DNA of 63,762 nucleotides, filler included, from Coriobacteriales bacterium (GTDB lineage Bacteria; Actinomycetota; Coriobacteriia; Coriobacteriales; UBA8131): NCBI GenBank assembly GCA_031263105.1. It is 6 parts of 6 records of this genome, joined end to end, with 100 filler letters (N's around TTAATTAATTAA, not from the genome) between each part and the next. Parts side by side here need not be neighbours in the genome. Positions count along the whole stretch, not along the records: positions 54,345 to 60,918 come from JAISGJ010000123.1; positions 61,019 to 63,762 come from JAISGJ010000002.1; 4 more parts are not named here. One strand, 5' to 3'. Shown piece by piece: positions 54,573 to 63,762 of this stretch (position 1 is its first letter; each line of letters starts with the position of its first letter). The notes under the pieces were generated by a model. It saw only the letters and a program-made list of their open reading frames with translations, ran no database searches and was not told where the DNA came from. The position numbers and the translations under genes were made by a program.

Positions 54573-55601
54573 CTATCCTTCTGTGCCCCCACATCTGCGT
54601 TCGGCCTGTGGCCTGTGCGCGAGCATCAGCTTCCTACGGAAGTCGTAATCGCTCTTGAGGATGCTGTGCAGGTCGTGCTCTGGCTCCCAGCCGAGCGTCT
54701 CGCGCGCGTGGTCGATGCATGCGATGAGCTTCGCGGGGTCGCCCGGGCGTCGCGGCGCGTACTCGAAGGGCACCTCGAAGATGTCCCGTGCGGCATCGAC
54801 GACCTCCTTGACCGAGAAGCCCCTGCCCGAGCCGAGGTTCGCAAGCACGGAGGCCCTGTTGGTCAGGAGGTGCTGTGCGCCCAGGACATGGGCCCGGGCG
54901 AGGTCGGTGACATGGACGTAGTCGCGGATGCAGGTGCCGTCCGGCGTGGCGTAGTCGTTGCCGAAGACGAGCAGCTTGTCGCGGATGCCGAGCGCCGCCT
55001 GCATGAGGAGGGGGACGAGGTGCGTGAGCCGGTCCTTGTCCAGCCCGATCTCGAGCGAGGCGTCGGCCCCCGCAACGTTGAAGTAGCGCAGGATGCAGTA
55101 GTCGAGCCCGTAGGCGGCCGCAGCCCATTTCAGCATCCTCTCACAGGCGAGCTTCGTCTCCCCATACGGGTTGATCGGCTCGGTCGCATCGCCTTCGTGG
55201 CATTCCGATGAGGTCGGCTCGCCATAGACGGCGGCGGTCGAGGAGAACACGATGCTCCTCACCCCGCCCTCGACAAGCGCCTCCAGCAGGGTGCGCAGCC
55301 CCTCCACGTTGTTCTCGTAGTAGGCGAGCGGCTCGCTGACGCTTTCCGGCACGATGAGCTTCGCCGCGAAGTGCATGACCACGTCGACGGGCGTCCCCGT
55401 CTCGGCCTCGGCGGCGAGCACGCGGGCGATGTCGCTCTTGCGCCGGATGTCGCCCCATTCGAAGTGCGCCTGCGGATGCACGTTCGCGGCGCTTCCTGTG
55501 GAGAGGTTGTCGAGCACAACGACCTCGTGACCTGCACGTACAAGCTCATAGACAGTATGGCTGCCGATGTAACCGGCTCCTCCGACGACCAGGACCTTCA
55601 T
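54573..55601 (-). CDS. galE: UDP-glucose 4-epimerase
   Basis: GGAGYIGSH, FSSTAAVYG, YGETK, LRYFN, IRDYVHV. Confidence 0.96.
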   Translation of the reverse strand: MKVLVVGGAGYIGSHTVYELVRAGHEVVVLDNLSTGSAANVHPQAHFEWGDIRRKSDIARVLAAEAETGTPVDVVMHFAAKLIVPESVSEPLAYYENNVEGLRTLLEALVEGGVRSIVFSSTAAVYGEPTSSECHEGDATEPINPYGETKLACERMLKWAAAAYGLDYCILRYFNVAGADASLEIGLDKDRLTHLVPLLMQAALGIRDKLLVFGNDYATPDGTCIRDYVHVTDLARAHVLGAQHLLTNRASVLANLGSGRGFSVKEVVDAARDIFEVPFEYAPRRPGDPAKLIACIDHARETLGWEPEHDLHSILKSDYDFRRKLMLAHRPQAERRCGGTEG

Positions 55602-55734
55602 GTTGTTCCTTTCGTTCGTTCTTCGTCAACGAGGCGGTGCGGTGCTGCCGTCTTGGCCGTCGCGCTTCTCCTCAGGGCCCCACGAAGCCTTGGCTTCGTG
55701 GGTGGGGGTCACAGGCTCGCTGCTCCGAGCAAAG

Positions 55735-55919
55735 GCTACCGTTCACACCCCACTGTCATTCCGAGCGAAGCCGAGGAATCTTTGGTCGCGAAGCGGCCAA
55801 CCGCAGCCGGGAGGCGCCTCTGACTACGGTCGGCTGCTGTGCAGCCGAAGATTCCTCGACTGCGGCGTTGCCTCCGGCAGCGCCTCCGCTCGGAACGACA
55901 GTGGGGCGCGAACTGTAAC
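55735..55919. repeat. MITE/REP-family element between divergent galE and tyrS
   Basis: CACACCCCACTGTCATTCCGAG…CTCGGAACGACAGTGGGG…CTGTAAC. Confidence 0.85.
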
Positions 55920-56025
55920 GAGCAAAGGCCCACCGGGCCTTTGCTCGTTCCGTTCGCTTGTGCCCAAGTGGCACTTCCATAGTATAATGGCAACTTGCTT
56001 CTTAGACCAAGGCAAGGAGAATCCC

Positions 56026-57246
56026 GTGCTCTCGACGGACGAACAGCTCCACATCATCCAGAGCGGCGACGCGCACATCGTGCCTCTCGCCGCGCTCAGG
56101 CAGAAGCTCGACCGGGGCGCGCCCCTGCGCGTGAAGCTCGGCGTCGATCCCACGGCACCCGACCTGCACCTCGGCCATGCCGTGCCCCTGCGCAAGCTGC
56201 GGCAGCTGCAGGATCTCGGGCATCAGGTGGTGCTCATCATCGGCAACGGCACCGCGCTCGTCGGCGACCCTTCCGGCCGCAACTCCACGCGCCCTCCGCT
56301 CACGCCTGAGCAGATAGCCGTCAACGCGCAGACCTACGTCGACCAGGCCTTCCGGATCCTCGACGAGGAGAGGACCGAGCTTGCCTGGAACGGCGACTGG
56401 CTCACTCCGCTCACCCTTGAGGGCCTGCTCGGGCTCGCGGCGCAGTTCACGGTCGCGCGCATCCTCGAGAGGGACGACTTCGCCAACCGCTACAAGGCCC
56501 AGCAGCCCATCTCGCTGCACGAGTTCCTCTATCCGGTCATGCAGGCCTACGACTCGGTCATGGTGCGCGCCGATATCGAGCTCGGCGGCACCGACCAGCT
56601 CTTCAACCTGCTCGCCGGCCGCGAGCTCATGGAGAAGCGGGGGATGGAGCCGCAGGTCTGCCTTACGCTGCCGCTGCTTGAGGGCATCGACGGCGTGCAG
56701 AAGATGTCCAAGAGCTACGGCAACTACGTCGGCATAACCGACGCGCCCGCCGAGATGTTCGGCAAGCTCATGTCTGTGCCGGACGCCCTCATGGTGCGCT
56801 ACTTCCGCCTCGCATCGACCCTCACGGTCAAGGAGGTGGACGAGATCGAGCGCGGGCTTGCCGAGGGCGCCCTGCATCCCAACGAGCTCAAGCGCCGACT
56901 GGCCGCCGACATCGTCGCCGCCTACCACGGCGGCCCTGCGGCAGCAGAGGCAGAGGCCGCCTTCGACCGCGTGTTCAAGGAGCACGGGATGCCCGAGGAG
57001 ATAGACGAGGTCACGCTGGCGCTGCCGGTCGGCGCAGACGGCCTGGTCTATGTGCCTGGCGTGCTTGTGGCGCTGGGCTTTGCCACGAGCAACGGCGAGG
57101 CGCGCCGCCTCATCGACGGCGGCGGCGTGAGGCTGGCGGGGGAGGCCCTTGCCAAGGGCGAGTACGGTGCCGCGCCCGAGCGCCTCGCCGCCGTCGTCCT
57201 CCAGGTGGGCAGGCGCAAGTACGCCCGCATCAAGGGAAGTCGGTAA
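56026..57246 (+). CDS. tyrS: Tyrosyl-tRNA synthetase
   Basis: GTG after AAGGAG; DPTAPDLHLGH, GGTDQLFN, KMSKS, S4-like C-terminus. Confidence 0.97.
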   Translation: MLSTDEQLHIIQSGDAHIVPLAALRQKLDRGAPLRVKLGVDPTAPDLHLGHAVPLRKLRQLQDLGHQVVLIIGNGTALVGDPSGRNSTRPPLTPEQIAVNAQTYVDQAFRILDEERTELAWNGDWLTPLTLEGLLGLAAQFTVARILERDDFANRYKAQQPISLHEFLYPVMQAYDSVMVRADIELGGTDQLFNLLAGRELMEKRGMEPQVCLTLPLLEGIDGVQKMSKSYGNYVGITDAPAEMFGKLMSVPDALMVRYFRLASTLTVKEVDEIERGLAEGALHPNELKRRLAADIVAAYHGGPAAAEAEAAFDRVFKEHGMPEEIDEVTLALPVGADGLVYVPGVLVALGFATSNGEARRLIDGGGVRLAGEALAKGEYGAAPERLAAVVLQVGRRKYARIKGSR

Positions 57247-57344
57247 CCGTTGCTGTTGCTGTGCGGATCCCACTTTGCCGGCGCCGTCGTCCAGGTGGGC
57301 AGGCGCAAGTACGCCCGCATCAAGGAAAGTCGGTAACCGTTGCT

Positions 57345-57734
57345 GTTGCTGTGCAGACCCCACTGTCATCCCGGCTCCCACTGTCATCCCGAGCCTGTCG
57401 AGGGATCCTCGACCGCGTCAGCGGTCGACCGCAGGTCGAGGGATCCCCCAACCTGCCGTTGGTCGCTTCGCGTCCCGTGGGCCTGTCGGCCCCATGGGCT
57501 CACCCGCTCAGGGGCTCACCCGCTGCTCCGCAGCTTCGCCCGGAAACAGCGCACCGCGCTGTTTCCCAGTCCACCGGACTGTCGCGCCGTCCTCGCTGAA
57601 AACGCGGTGCGTTTTCCGGGCGCTCGAACCCAAGGATCCCTCGGCAGGCTCGGGATGACAGTGGGGCTCGGGATGACAGTGGGGCTCGGGATGACAGTGG
57701 GGCTCGGGATGACAGTGAGGGTGTGACGTGTAGC
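57345..57734. repeat. Long MITE element with tandem termini
   Basis: CCCACTGTCATCCCG x2 on the left; GGCTCGGGATGACAGTG x4 on the right; interior related to 20280-20557. Confidence 0.88.
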
Positions 57735-57809
57735 GATGTGGGACGGGCTTCGCAGCTATTATTTGAACCATAATTGCAAAATTACCTCGAATTGGATAAA
57801 ATACTAGCT

Positions 57810-58094
57810 ATGACTTATCTTGAATTCGAGCAAAAGACACCGTATGAGGTGACACGCGACGTGGCGCAGGCCATGCGGGCGCGCAGGAAGGAGCGCGGGT
57901 TCTCGCAGGCAGAGCTGGCGCAACGTGCAGGTGTGAGCCTGGGGTCGCTCAAGCGTTTCGAGCGCACCCATGAGATAGCTCTCGCCTCGCTCGTCAGGCT
58001 GGCGCTGGCGCTCGGCTGCGAGGAGGACTTCGAGCGGCTGTTCGCGCACAGGCAGTACCGCAGCATCCAAGAGGTCATCGATGCCCAGAAGTGA
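57810..58094 (+). CDS. XRE HTH antitoxin (HipB-like)
   Basis: SQAELAQRAGVSLGSLKRFE; overlaps the HipA-like gene. Confidence 0.85.
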   Translation: MTYLEFEQKTPYEVTRDVAQAMRARRKERGFSQAELAQRAGVSLGSLKRFERTHEIALASLVRLALALGCEEDFERLFAHRQYRSIQEVIDAQK

Positions 58095-59280
58095 CGCGCA
58101 CGCACGCGGCCTCCCGTCCCGTCCCGACCTTTCGCGCCCCGAAAGAGTGGGGAGCCTGAAGGTGCTCATGGAGGGGCGCCCCGTCGGCACATTGGCAACG
58201 ACTAACGAGGGGCTTGTCGCCTTCGCCTACGACGAGGCCTGGCTCGCCGAGGGCTTTTCGATAAGCCCGATCAGCCTGCCGCTTGAGCCGCAGGTCTTTC
58301 TGCCCCGCCCTCAACCGCTCGAAGGCATGTTCGGCGTGTTCGACGACAGCCTGCCCGACGGGTGGGGACGCCTGCTCGTCGACCGCATGCTCAGGAAACG
58401 GGGCATCGAACCGGCGGGCATCGATCAGCTGACCCGTCTGGCCATCGTCGGCGCGTCGGGCATGGGTGCCCTGACATACGAGCCCGCCTTTGACCTCGGC
58501 GCGTCGCGGCAGGCCTCGGATCTTGACGCACTGGCCGACGAATGCGCGCTCATACTCGCCGACAGGCCCGCTGACAACCTCGACGAGATATTTGCTCTCG
58601 GAGGCTCGTCGGGCGGCACCCGCCCTAAGGTGCTCGCGGACGTGGGCAGCGAGCCGTGGATCGTCAAGTTCCCCGCTTCGATGGATGCGCCTGACGCAGG
58701 CCCTATGGAGCACGAATATGCGGCCGCAGCCCGCAGCTGCGGCATCGAGATGCCCGAGACGCGCCTGTTCGCATCAAACCGCTGTTCCGGGTACTTCGGG
58801 GTCAGGCGCTTTGACCGTGTTGCCGAGGGAGGCCCATCCGCCGGACACCCGCACCGCGTTCACATGGCGTCGGCGGGTGCGCTGCTTGAGACCTCGCATC
58901 GCATCCCCAACCTCGATTATCTCCTTCTCGCGCGCCTCGTTCTCCGCCTGACCGACTCCCTCGGCGAGCTCGAGCGCCTGTACCGCCTCATGTGCTTCAA
59001 CGTGTTCGCCCACAACCGCGACGACCATGCCAAGAACTTCGCGTTCACCTGTGACCCCGCAACAGGCATCTGGCGCCTTTCGCCTGCATTCGACCTCACC
59101 TGGAGCCCCGGCATGGGCGGCGAGCACGCCACGACCGTAGACGGCAAAGGACACGACCTTACCTCTGACGACCTCATCGACTGCGGCATCAGGATGGGCC
59201 TCCCCTCGCGCCTCTGCCGCTCCGTCGCCCACGACGTCCGCACCGCCACCGAAGCCCTTGTCAGGAAATGGGCGAGATAG
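58081..59280 (+). CDS. hipA: HipA-family kinase toxin
   Basis: DSLPDGWG, GGSSGGTRPK, RRFDR, NRDDHAKNF, LSPAFD. Confidence 0.93.
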   Translation: MPRSDAHARGLPSRPDLSRPERVGSLKVLMEGRPVGTLATTNEGLVAFAYDEAWLAEGFSISPISLPLEPQVFLPRPQPLEGMFGVFDDSLPDGWGRLLVDRMLRKRGIEPAGIDQLTRLAIVGASGMGALTYEPAFDLGASRQASDLDALADECALILADRPADNLDEIFALGGSSGGTRPKVLADVGSEPWIVKFPASMDAPDAGPMEHEYAAAARSCGIEMPETRLFASNRCSGYFGVRRFDRVAEGGPSAGHPHRVHMASAGALLETSHRIPNLDYLLLARLVLRLTDSLGELERLYRLMCFNVFAHNRDDHAKNFAFTCDPATGIWRLSPAFDLTWSPGMGGEHATTVDGKGHDLTSDDLIDCGIRMGLPSRLCRSVAHDVRTATEALVRKWAR

Positions 59281-59408
59281 GCGCTCGGTGCGAGCGTCGC
59301 CCCTTTGTGACGTGCCAGCGTGGGACAGGAAGCCGACAATTCGCCTCGTTGAGCGTCCCCTTCGCCCCGCCTGGCATACGCGATGGCGTTCCGCATGTGT
59401 TCCGCGCA

Positions 59409-59456
59409 TTGACCTCGTGGGTCTTGACGTGTATAGTTATATAAACAAGTCTATAC
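59409..59456 (+). promoter_or_regulatory. Putative mazEF promoter with overlapping operator palindrome
   Basis: TTGACC-N17-TATAGT (59409-59437); GTATAG…CTATAC inverted repeat 59431-59456. Confidence 0.6.
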
Positions 59457-59471
59457 GGAAGGAGACAGGCC

Positions 59472-59708
59472 ATGCCGACGGCAACACTCGCAAAATGGGG
59501 GAACGGACAAGGCATCTTGATTCCCAAGACGTTCTGTGAGGCAATCGGTTTGAAGCCGGGCGACAAGGTCGACCTCTCGCTGGGCGACCAAGAGATCACG
59601 TTGAAACCAGAGCAGAACTACACCCTTGAGGCTCTGATGAAGGGATATGACGGCCCCAAGCCACAGGAATACGACTGGGGCGCCCCGATGGGCAAGGAGA
59701 TGTGGTAG
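59472..59708 (+). CDS. mazE: MazE/AbrB antitoxin
   Basis: KWGNGQGILIPK, EYDWG..GKE.W. Confidence 0.9.
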   Translation: MPTATLAKWGNGQGILIPKTFCEAIGLKPGDKVDLSLGDQEITLKPEQNYTLEALMKGYDGPKPQEYDWGAPMGKEMW

Positions 59709-60037
59709 GGATGCTTTCCCAAGGTGATATTATCGAATTCGATTTCAGCCCCTCTCAGGGACATGAGCCGACAGGCAGACGTCCCGGCATTGTGGTGAGC
59801 TCCGATCAATTCAATCTCAGTACGTCAATGACGCTCGTGTGCCCCGTCACAACGACCAACAGCGGCTTTCCTCTGCATCTGCCGCTCCCCGACGGTCTCG
59901 ATACCCGTGGCTATATCGTGGTCGAACAGGTGCGTGCTCTGGATATGGAAATCCGGCGCCCTCGGTTGATTGAAAGGCTGGACAACGAGGGAGCAACCAT
60001 GCGGGCGGTCAGGGAGTGCCTGCGCTCGTTTTTCTGA
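59702..60037 (+). CDS. mazF: MazF/PemK toxin
   Basis: QGDI, P.QGHE..RRPGIVVS, CPVT, EQVRALD. Confidence 0.92.
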   Translation: MVGMLSQGDIIEFDFSPSQGHEPTGRRPGIVVSSDQFNLSTSMTLVCPVTTTNSGFPLHLPLPDGLDTRGYIVVEQVRALDMEIRRPRLIERLDNEGATMRAVRECLRSFF

Positions 60038-60039
60038 GA

Positions 60040-60220
60040 GCGGATCGGGGCTGCCCAAGAGGCATACTGCAACGCTTGTCGGATGTCCTCTTCCTCGAGA
60101 TACTCATAGTCGCCAAGCACATCGGAAAACGTTGCTCCGCTAGCTATCAGGTTCACAACCAGTGCCACCGGGACACGCACATCTCTGATACACGCCTGAC
60201 CCCCCATGACATCATGAGAA
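60040..60220 (-). pseudogene. DUF433-family gene remnant; boundaries approximate
   Basis: MGGQACIRDVRVPV…G.T…Y..LEEEDIRQALQY. The 5' end abuts a MITE and the 3' frame runs into mazF. Confidence 0.7.
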
Positions 60221-60382
60221 GTTACTGTTCAGACCCCACTGTCATTCCGAGCCTGTCGAGGAATCTTCGACCGCGTTAGCGGTCGACCGCAGGTCGAAGG
60301 ATCTTTCGACCTACCGTTGGTCGCTTCGCGACCAAGGATTCCTCGGCGGAACTCGGAATGACAGTGGGGGTCTGTACAGTAC
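60221..60382. repeat. MITE/REP-family element with clear ~30-bp terminal inverted repeats
   Basis: GTTACTGTTCAGACCCCACTGTCATTCCGAG…CTCGGAATGACAGTGGGGGTCTGTACAGTAC. Confidence 0.9.
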
Positions 60383-61089
60383 GTGTGAAAACATCTTACG
60401 GGTAGACTGAAGTTTCAGGGCACACTGAACCAGACCTGCAACAAACAGCAGGTCGCAGCACCTTGAGAATCGAACAACATCACACAACCTTGGCCAGGGC
60501 CGAGATATCGTATCCCTGCTCACGCAGGAACTCGATGGCATTTTTCTCGGTGAGGCAAACCCGCTTCGGCAGTGGGTCTCTGGTGTCCTCTAAGTCACAC
60601 GGGTTGAAGAGAGTGTAACCGGTCGGCTTACCAGAAAGCCCGCAGGCAGCGCGTCAGCGTGGGGCAGAAAGCCGACAATTCACCCCGTCCCATTTGTCTG
60701 CGCATAAAGTGCCAAGAGAACCGTCCCCTTGTCACACCTTTTCTTAACTATTGCGTCCAACCGACCAGTCTCAAAACCGCCTTCTATTAGATGATTTTAA
60801 AATCCCTACTTGCAATGAGTTGATATTTACAGTCAATAAACTGTGTTTACGCAGGTCGAGTTCTTTTGGGTACCTAAAACTCGACAATTCATTACCCAAA
60901 ATGGTCACTTTTTAGGGGNNNNNNNNNNNNNNNNNNNNNNNNNNNNNNNNNNNNNNNNNNNNTTAATTAATTAANNNNNNNNNNNNNNNNNNNNNNNNNN
61001 NNNNNNNNNNNNNNNNNNGAACCTGTGAAGGCTTATCCTGCAGGGGGCACCATGTGTTTTGAAAAAGTTGTCTATGTTTTGGAGGTTCC

Positions 61090-61620
61090 ATGGGAGTCTA
61101 TACGCCACTCTATCAACCGAACGGCGACGAGATCGCGGTCATCGAGACGAGCCGGGGCACGGTGCGGATTAAACTTGCCGGCAACGACGCGCCCATCCAC
61201 GTTGGCAATTTTGTTGAGCTGGCACGCAAGGGCTTCTATAACGGGCTCAAGTTCCATCGTCATGAGCCGGGCTTTGTCATCCAGGGCGGATGCCCCAACA
61301 CCCGCGAGCTGTCCGCCGAGCAGGTGCGGGCCGGTGGTACCTATCCGCCTCCCGGAACCGGTAACCCCGGTTACAGCATCAAGGGCGAATGGATGGTCAA
61401 TCCCAACAACAAGCATCAAGACGGCACGCTCGCCATGGCTCGCTCGCAGCATCCCGACTCCGCGGGCTCGCAGTTCTATTTCTGCCTCGGCCCCCAATCC
61501 TTTCTTGACGGCAACTATACGGTCTTTGGAGACCCTCTCGACGAGGAATCTATTGCCGTGATACATTCGTTGGCAAAGGGCGACGAGATACTCTCCATCG
61601 AGATAGAGAATGGTGACTAG
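61090..61620 (+). CDS. Cyclophilin-type peptidyl-prolyl isomerase
   Basis: FYNGLKFHR, FVIQGG, LAMAR, SAGSQF, LDGNYTVFG. Confidence 0.95.
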   Translation: MGVYTPLYQPNGDEIAVIETSRGTVRIKLAGNDAPIHVGNFVELARKGFYNGLKFHRHEPGFVIQGGCPNTRELSAEQVRAGGTYPPPGTGNPGYSIKGEWMVNPNNKHQDGTLAMARSQHPDSAGSQFYFCLGPQSFLDGNYTVFGDPLDEESIAVIHSLAKGDEILSIEIENGD

Positions 61621-61637
61621 GAGAGCAGGAGCGCAGA

Positions 61638-62999
61638 TTGCAGAGCACATCATACGAGCAGGCAACCACCGACTATAACGCGGGCGATTACCCCCACGCG
61701 CTCAAAGGTTACTATCAGTGCCTGAAAGAGGACTGGAGCTCCTTTCAGCCGGGCGACGCCGGGCTCGTTTACCACCGAATCGGAAACTGTCTCATCAAGA
61801 TGCGGAACTTCAAAGAGGCCGCCGTCAGTTATCAGAAGGCTCTTCAGGACGACGACTACTTCGAGAAGACAAGCATCTATGTGAATCTCGGCACCACCTT
61901 CAATGGCATCGGGAAGTACCCCGAGGCCATCGCCTGCTTTGAGAAGGCCCTGACGGATGCCAGTTACGCGACGCCACACCGCGCCTACATGGGCATGGGG
62001 AACGCCTATGCGAAGCTGGGGAAATATGTCGATGCTGGCACGGCGTATCGCAAGGCTGCCCTCGATGAAAGCAACCCCAATCCCGTCAAGGCCCTCATGA
62101 GCCTCGCCTCCTCCTTCTCATCGCTGGGTCGCCCGGATGACGCGGTCGAGGCCTATCTCGCCATCCTCGACTTCCGCGTGACCGGCAAGGTGCTCAACAC
62201 GGTTCTGGAGCGTCTAGGGCAGGCATACGTTGTCGCGGGGCGCTATCAGGAGGGGCTTGAGACCTTCGCGGACGCGCTCGCGCGGGAACAGTTCACGCTT
62301 TCCCCTGAGGCAGAAGCGGACTATCGGAAGGCGCGACTGGCGCTCGGCATCGTTGCCGACCCCGAGCCGTTACCGGCGTCGCAGGCCGCCCTCGAGGAGG
62401 ACGATTCGCTTTCTGGCTTTGACCTCCGGGAACGTTTCTCGTCAAATCCCGTAGGGCACTACTCCGCCCTCGATTTCAACGAGGACGACGACTTTGGCAC
62501 CGGTAACGTCCCCCATCCCGGCGACACGGGCTTTTTCACGGCGACTGACGCCGACCTCATCGCAACGGGCAAGCGCGAGATGCGTCGCGAGCGCAAGCTG
62601 CGCCACACGGGGCTCAAGGCATTCTTTGTGATTTTGCTCATCCTCATCGTCGCCCTCGGCGTCTGTGTTGTCGCCTATTATCAGGGCGTCGGCATACCCT
62701 CGCAGGAGAAGGTCGTCACGGACTTCTTCAGCGCCTACGCGGCGGGGGAACCCGTCGAGGAGTTCTGGGTCATCTCCAGCGACGCGGACAGGACAACGCT
62801 CGCGCGCTTCCTTGATGGCGTTGCCCGGTCATCCAACGTCAACATCATCGCCATCGACTCGCAGATGAGGGAATCGCAGGTGCTGGCCGATGTGAAGTTG
62901 TCCGAGGGGGGCACCGTCCATTACCGCATCGACCTGGTGCGTGATGTCATCGGCTGGAAGATGCGGGGAATCGAGATGGTGTTCGCTTCAGTTGGGTAA
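61638..62999 (+). CDS. TPR-repeat membrane protein
   Basis: Several TPR-like helices (YVNLGTTFNGIGKYPEAIACFEKAL) and one TM near the C-terminus. Confidence 0.85.
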   Translation: MQSTSYEQATTDYNAGDYPHALKGYYQCLKEDWSSFQPGDAGLVYHRIGNCLIKMRNFKEAAVSYQKALQDDDYFEKTSIYVNLGTTFNGIGKYPEAIACFEKALTDASYATPHRAYMGMGNAYAKLGKYVDAGTAYRKAALDESNPNPVKALMSLASSFSSLGRPDDAVEAYLAILDFRVTGKVLNTVLERLGQAYVVAGRYQEGLETFADALAREQFTLSPEAEADYRKARLALGIVADPEPLPASQAALEEDDSLSGFDLRERFSSNPVGHYSALDFNEDDDFGTGNVPHPGDTGFFTATDADLIATGKREMRRERKLRHTGLKAFFVILLILIVALGVCVVAYYQGVGIPSQEKVVTDFFSAYAAGEPVEEFWVISSDADRTTLARFLDGVARSSNVNIIAIDSQMRESQVLADVKLSEGGTVHYRIDLVRDVIGWKMRGIEMVFASVG

Positions 63000-63131
63000 G
63001 GACGGTCGGCCTGACGCTTTGGGTCGCAAAACGCCCGGCCTGGTGCCTGCGCGTCACGGGTCGTGGGCGATGTGTGGGTGTGGGAGCAGGACGGAAATTC
63101 AGGAATAGAACAGTAACAGGAAAGGACTGTC

Positions 63132-63536
63132 ATGGTGCAGAAAACGTACCTCATGCTCAAGCCGGATGCCGTTGCGAATCGGCATGTCGGCGAGATTATA
63201 GCGCGCATTGAGCGCGCGGGACTGGTGATAGAGCGGCTTGAACTCGCCAACGTCACGCCCGAACAGGCTGCCGCAAACTACGCGGAGCACGAAGGGAAGC
63301 CCTTTTACGAGGGCCTGGTCGCCTACATCACCTCGGGACCGGTCGTGAAGATGGTTGTCAGCGGCCCCGACGCGGTGCCCATCGCCCGCAAGCTCATGGG
63401 GGCGACCAACCCACGCGACGCCGCTCCTGGCACCATCCGGGGAGATTTTGGGTTGGTAATGGACGCGAACGTCATACACGGCTCCGATTCTCCGGAGTCG
63501 GCGGAGCGGGAGATAGCGATATTCTTCCCCGTTTGA
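63132..63536 (+). CDS. ndk: Nucleoside diphosphate kinase
   Basis: LKPDAV, GATNP, PGTIRGDF, NVIHGSDS. Confidence 0.98.
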   Translation: MVQKTYLMLKPDAVANRHVGEIIARIERAGLVIERLELANVTPEQAAANYAEHEGKPFYEGLVAYITSGPVVKMVVSGPDAVPIARKLMGATNPRDAAPGTIRGDFGLVMDANVIHGSDSPESAEREIAIFFPV

Positions 63537-63660
63537 TGGTGACGATTTTATAGAATGCCCCTTGATGTGCTAAAATATTCTGTCGGACAACGCGACAGAA
63601 CGCTGAGGCTTTTGTCCCAACTGTCCCCTTTAAGTCGAGTCATAGGAGAAATGAGCGACG

Positions 63661-63762
63661 ATGTCGTTTTTCGATAACCTTTTCAGCCAGTGGAGCTATG
63701 ATATGGCCATTGACCTTGGCACGGCGAACACGCTGGTTGCGATAGCGGACAGAGGCATTGTC
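63661..63762 (+). CDS. mreB: Rod-shape protein MreB, 5' fragment
   Basis: My translation [26 protein letters not shown]; runs off the window. Confidence 0.85.
   Translation, partial: MSFFDNLFSQWSYDMAIDLGTANTLVAIADRGIV

Noticed and set aside
60383..60918. Possible gene or ncRNA in the AT-richer contig end
   Set aside because: Only short ORF fragments and no recognisable motif; no tRNA or rRNA structure was recognised here or elsewhere in the window.

Overview
High-GC bacterial draft sequence, most consistent with Coriobacteriia/Eggerthellales (inferred from gene content). It consists of six contigs joined by artificial 100-nt linkers (44 N + TTAATTAATTAA + 44 N), so adjacency across linkers is not biological evidence. 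Main finding (about 170-15412): an atypical F-type ATPase operon in canonical order c, b/delta, alpha, gamma, beta, epsilon. It has no subunit a, and its subunit c lacks the essential ion-binding carboxylate. Two paralogous membrane-anchored extracellular proteins (about 2250 aa and 597 aa), each with a Gly-X-Y tract, lie where atpI/atpB would normally be. The beta subunit looks catalytically intact, so this may be a repurposed rotary ATPase not coupled to ion flow. Second finding (19687-32560): three paralogous secreted proteins, each with the same upstream promoter. The two complete copies share a 616-aa N-terminal region but carry different C-terminal cysteine-protease-like domains, each followed by its own unrelated membrane-anchored partner gene(s), a layout like polymorphic effector/immunity pairs. 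The rest contains an XRE-cupin regulator with an acyl-CoA synthetase, a Tat molybdoenzyme operon with a MalT-like regulator, trpDCFBA, galE, tyrS, ppi-TPR-ndk-mreB, six toxin-antitoxin pairs plus remnants, an inactive-looking RAYT-like transposase, and many copies of a palindromic MITE/REP family.
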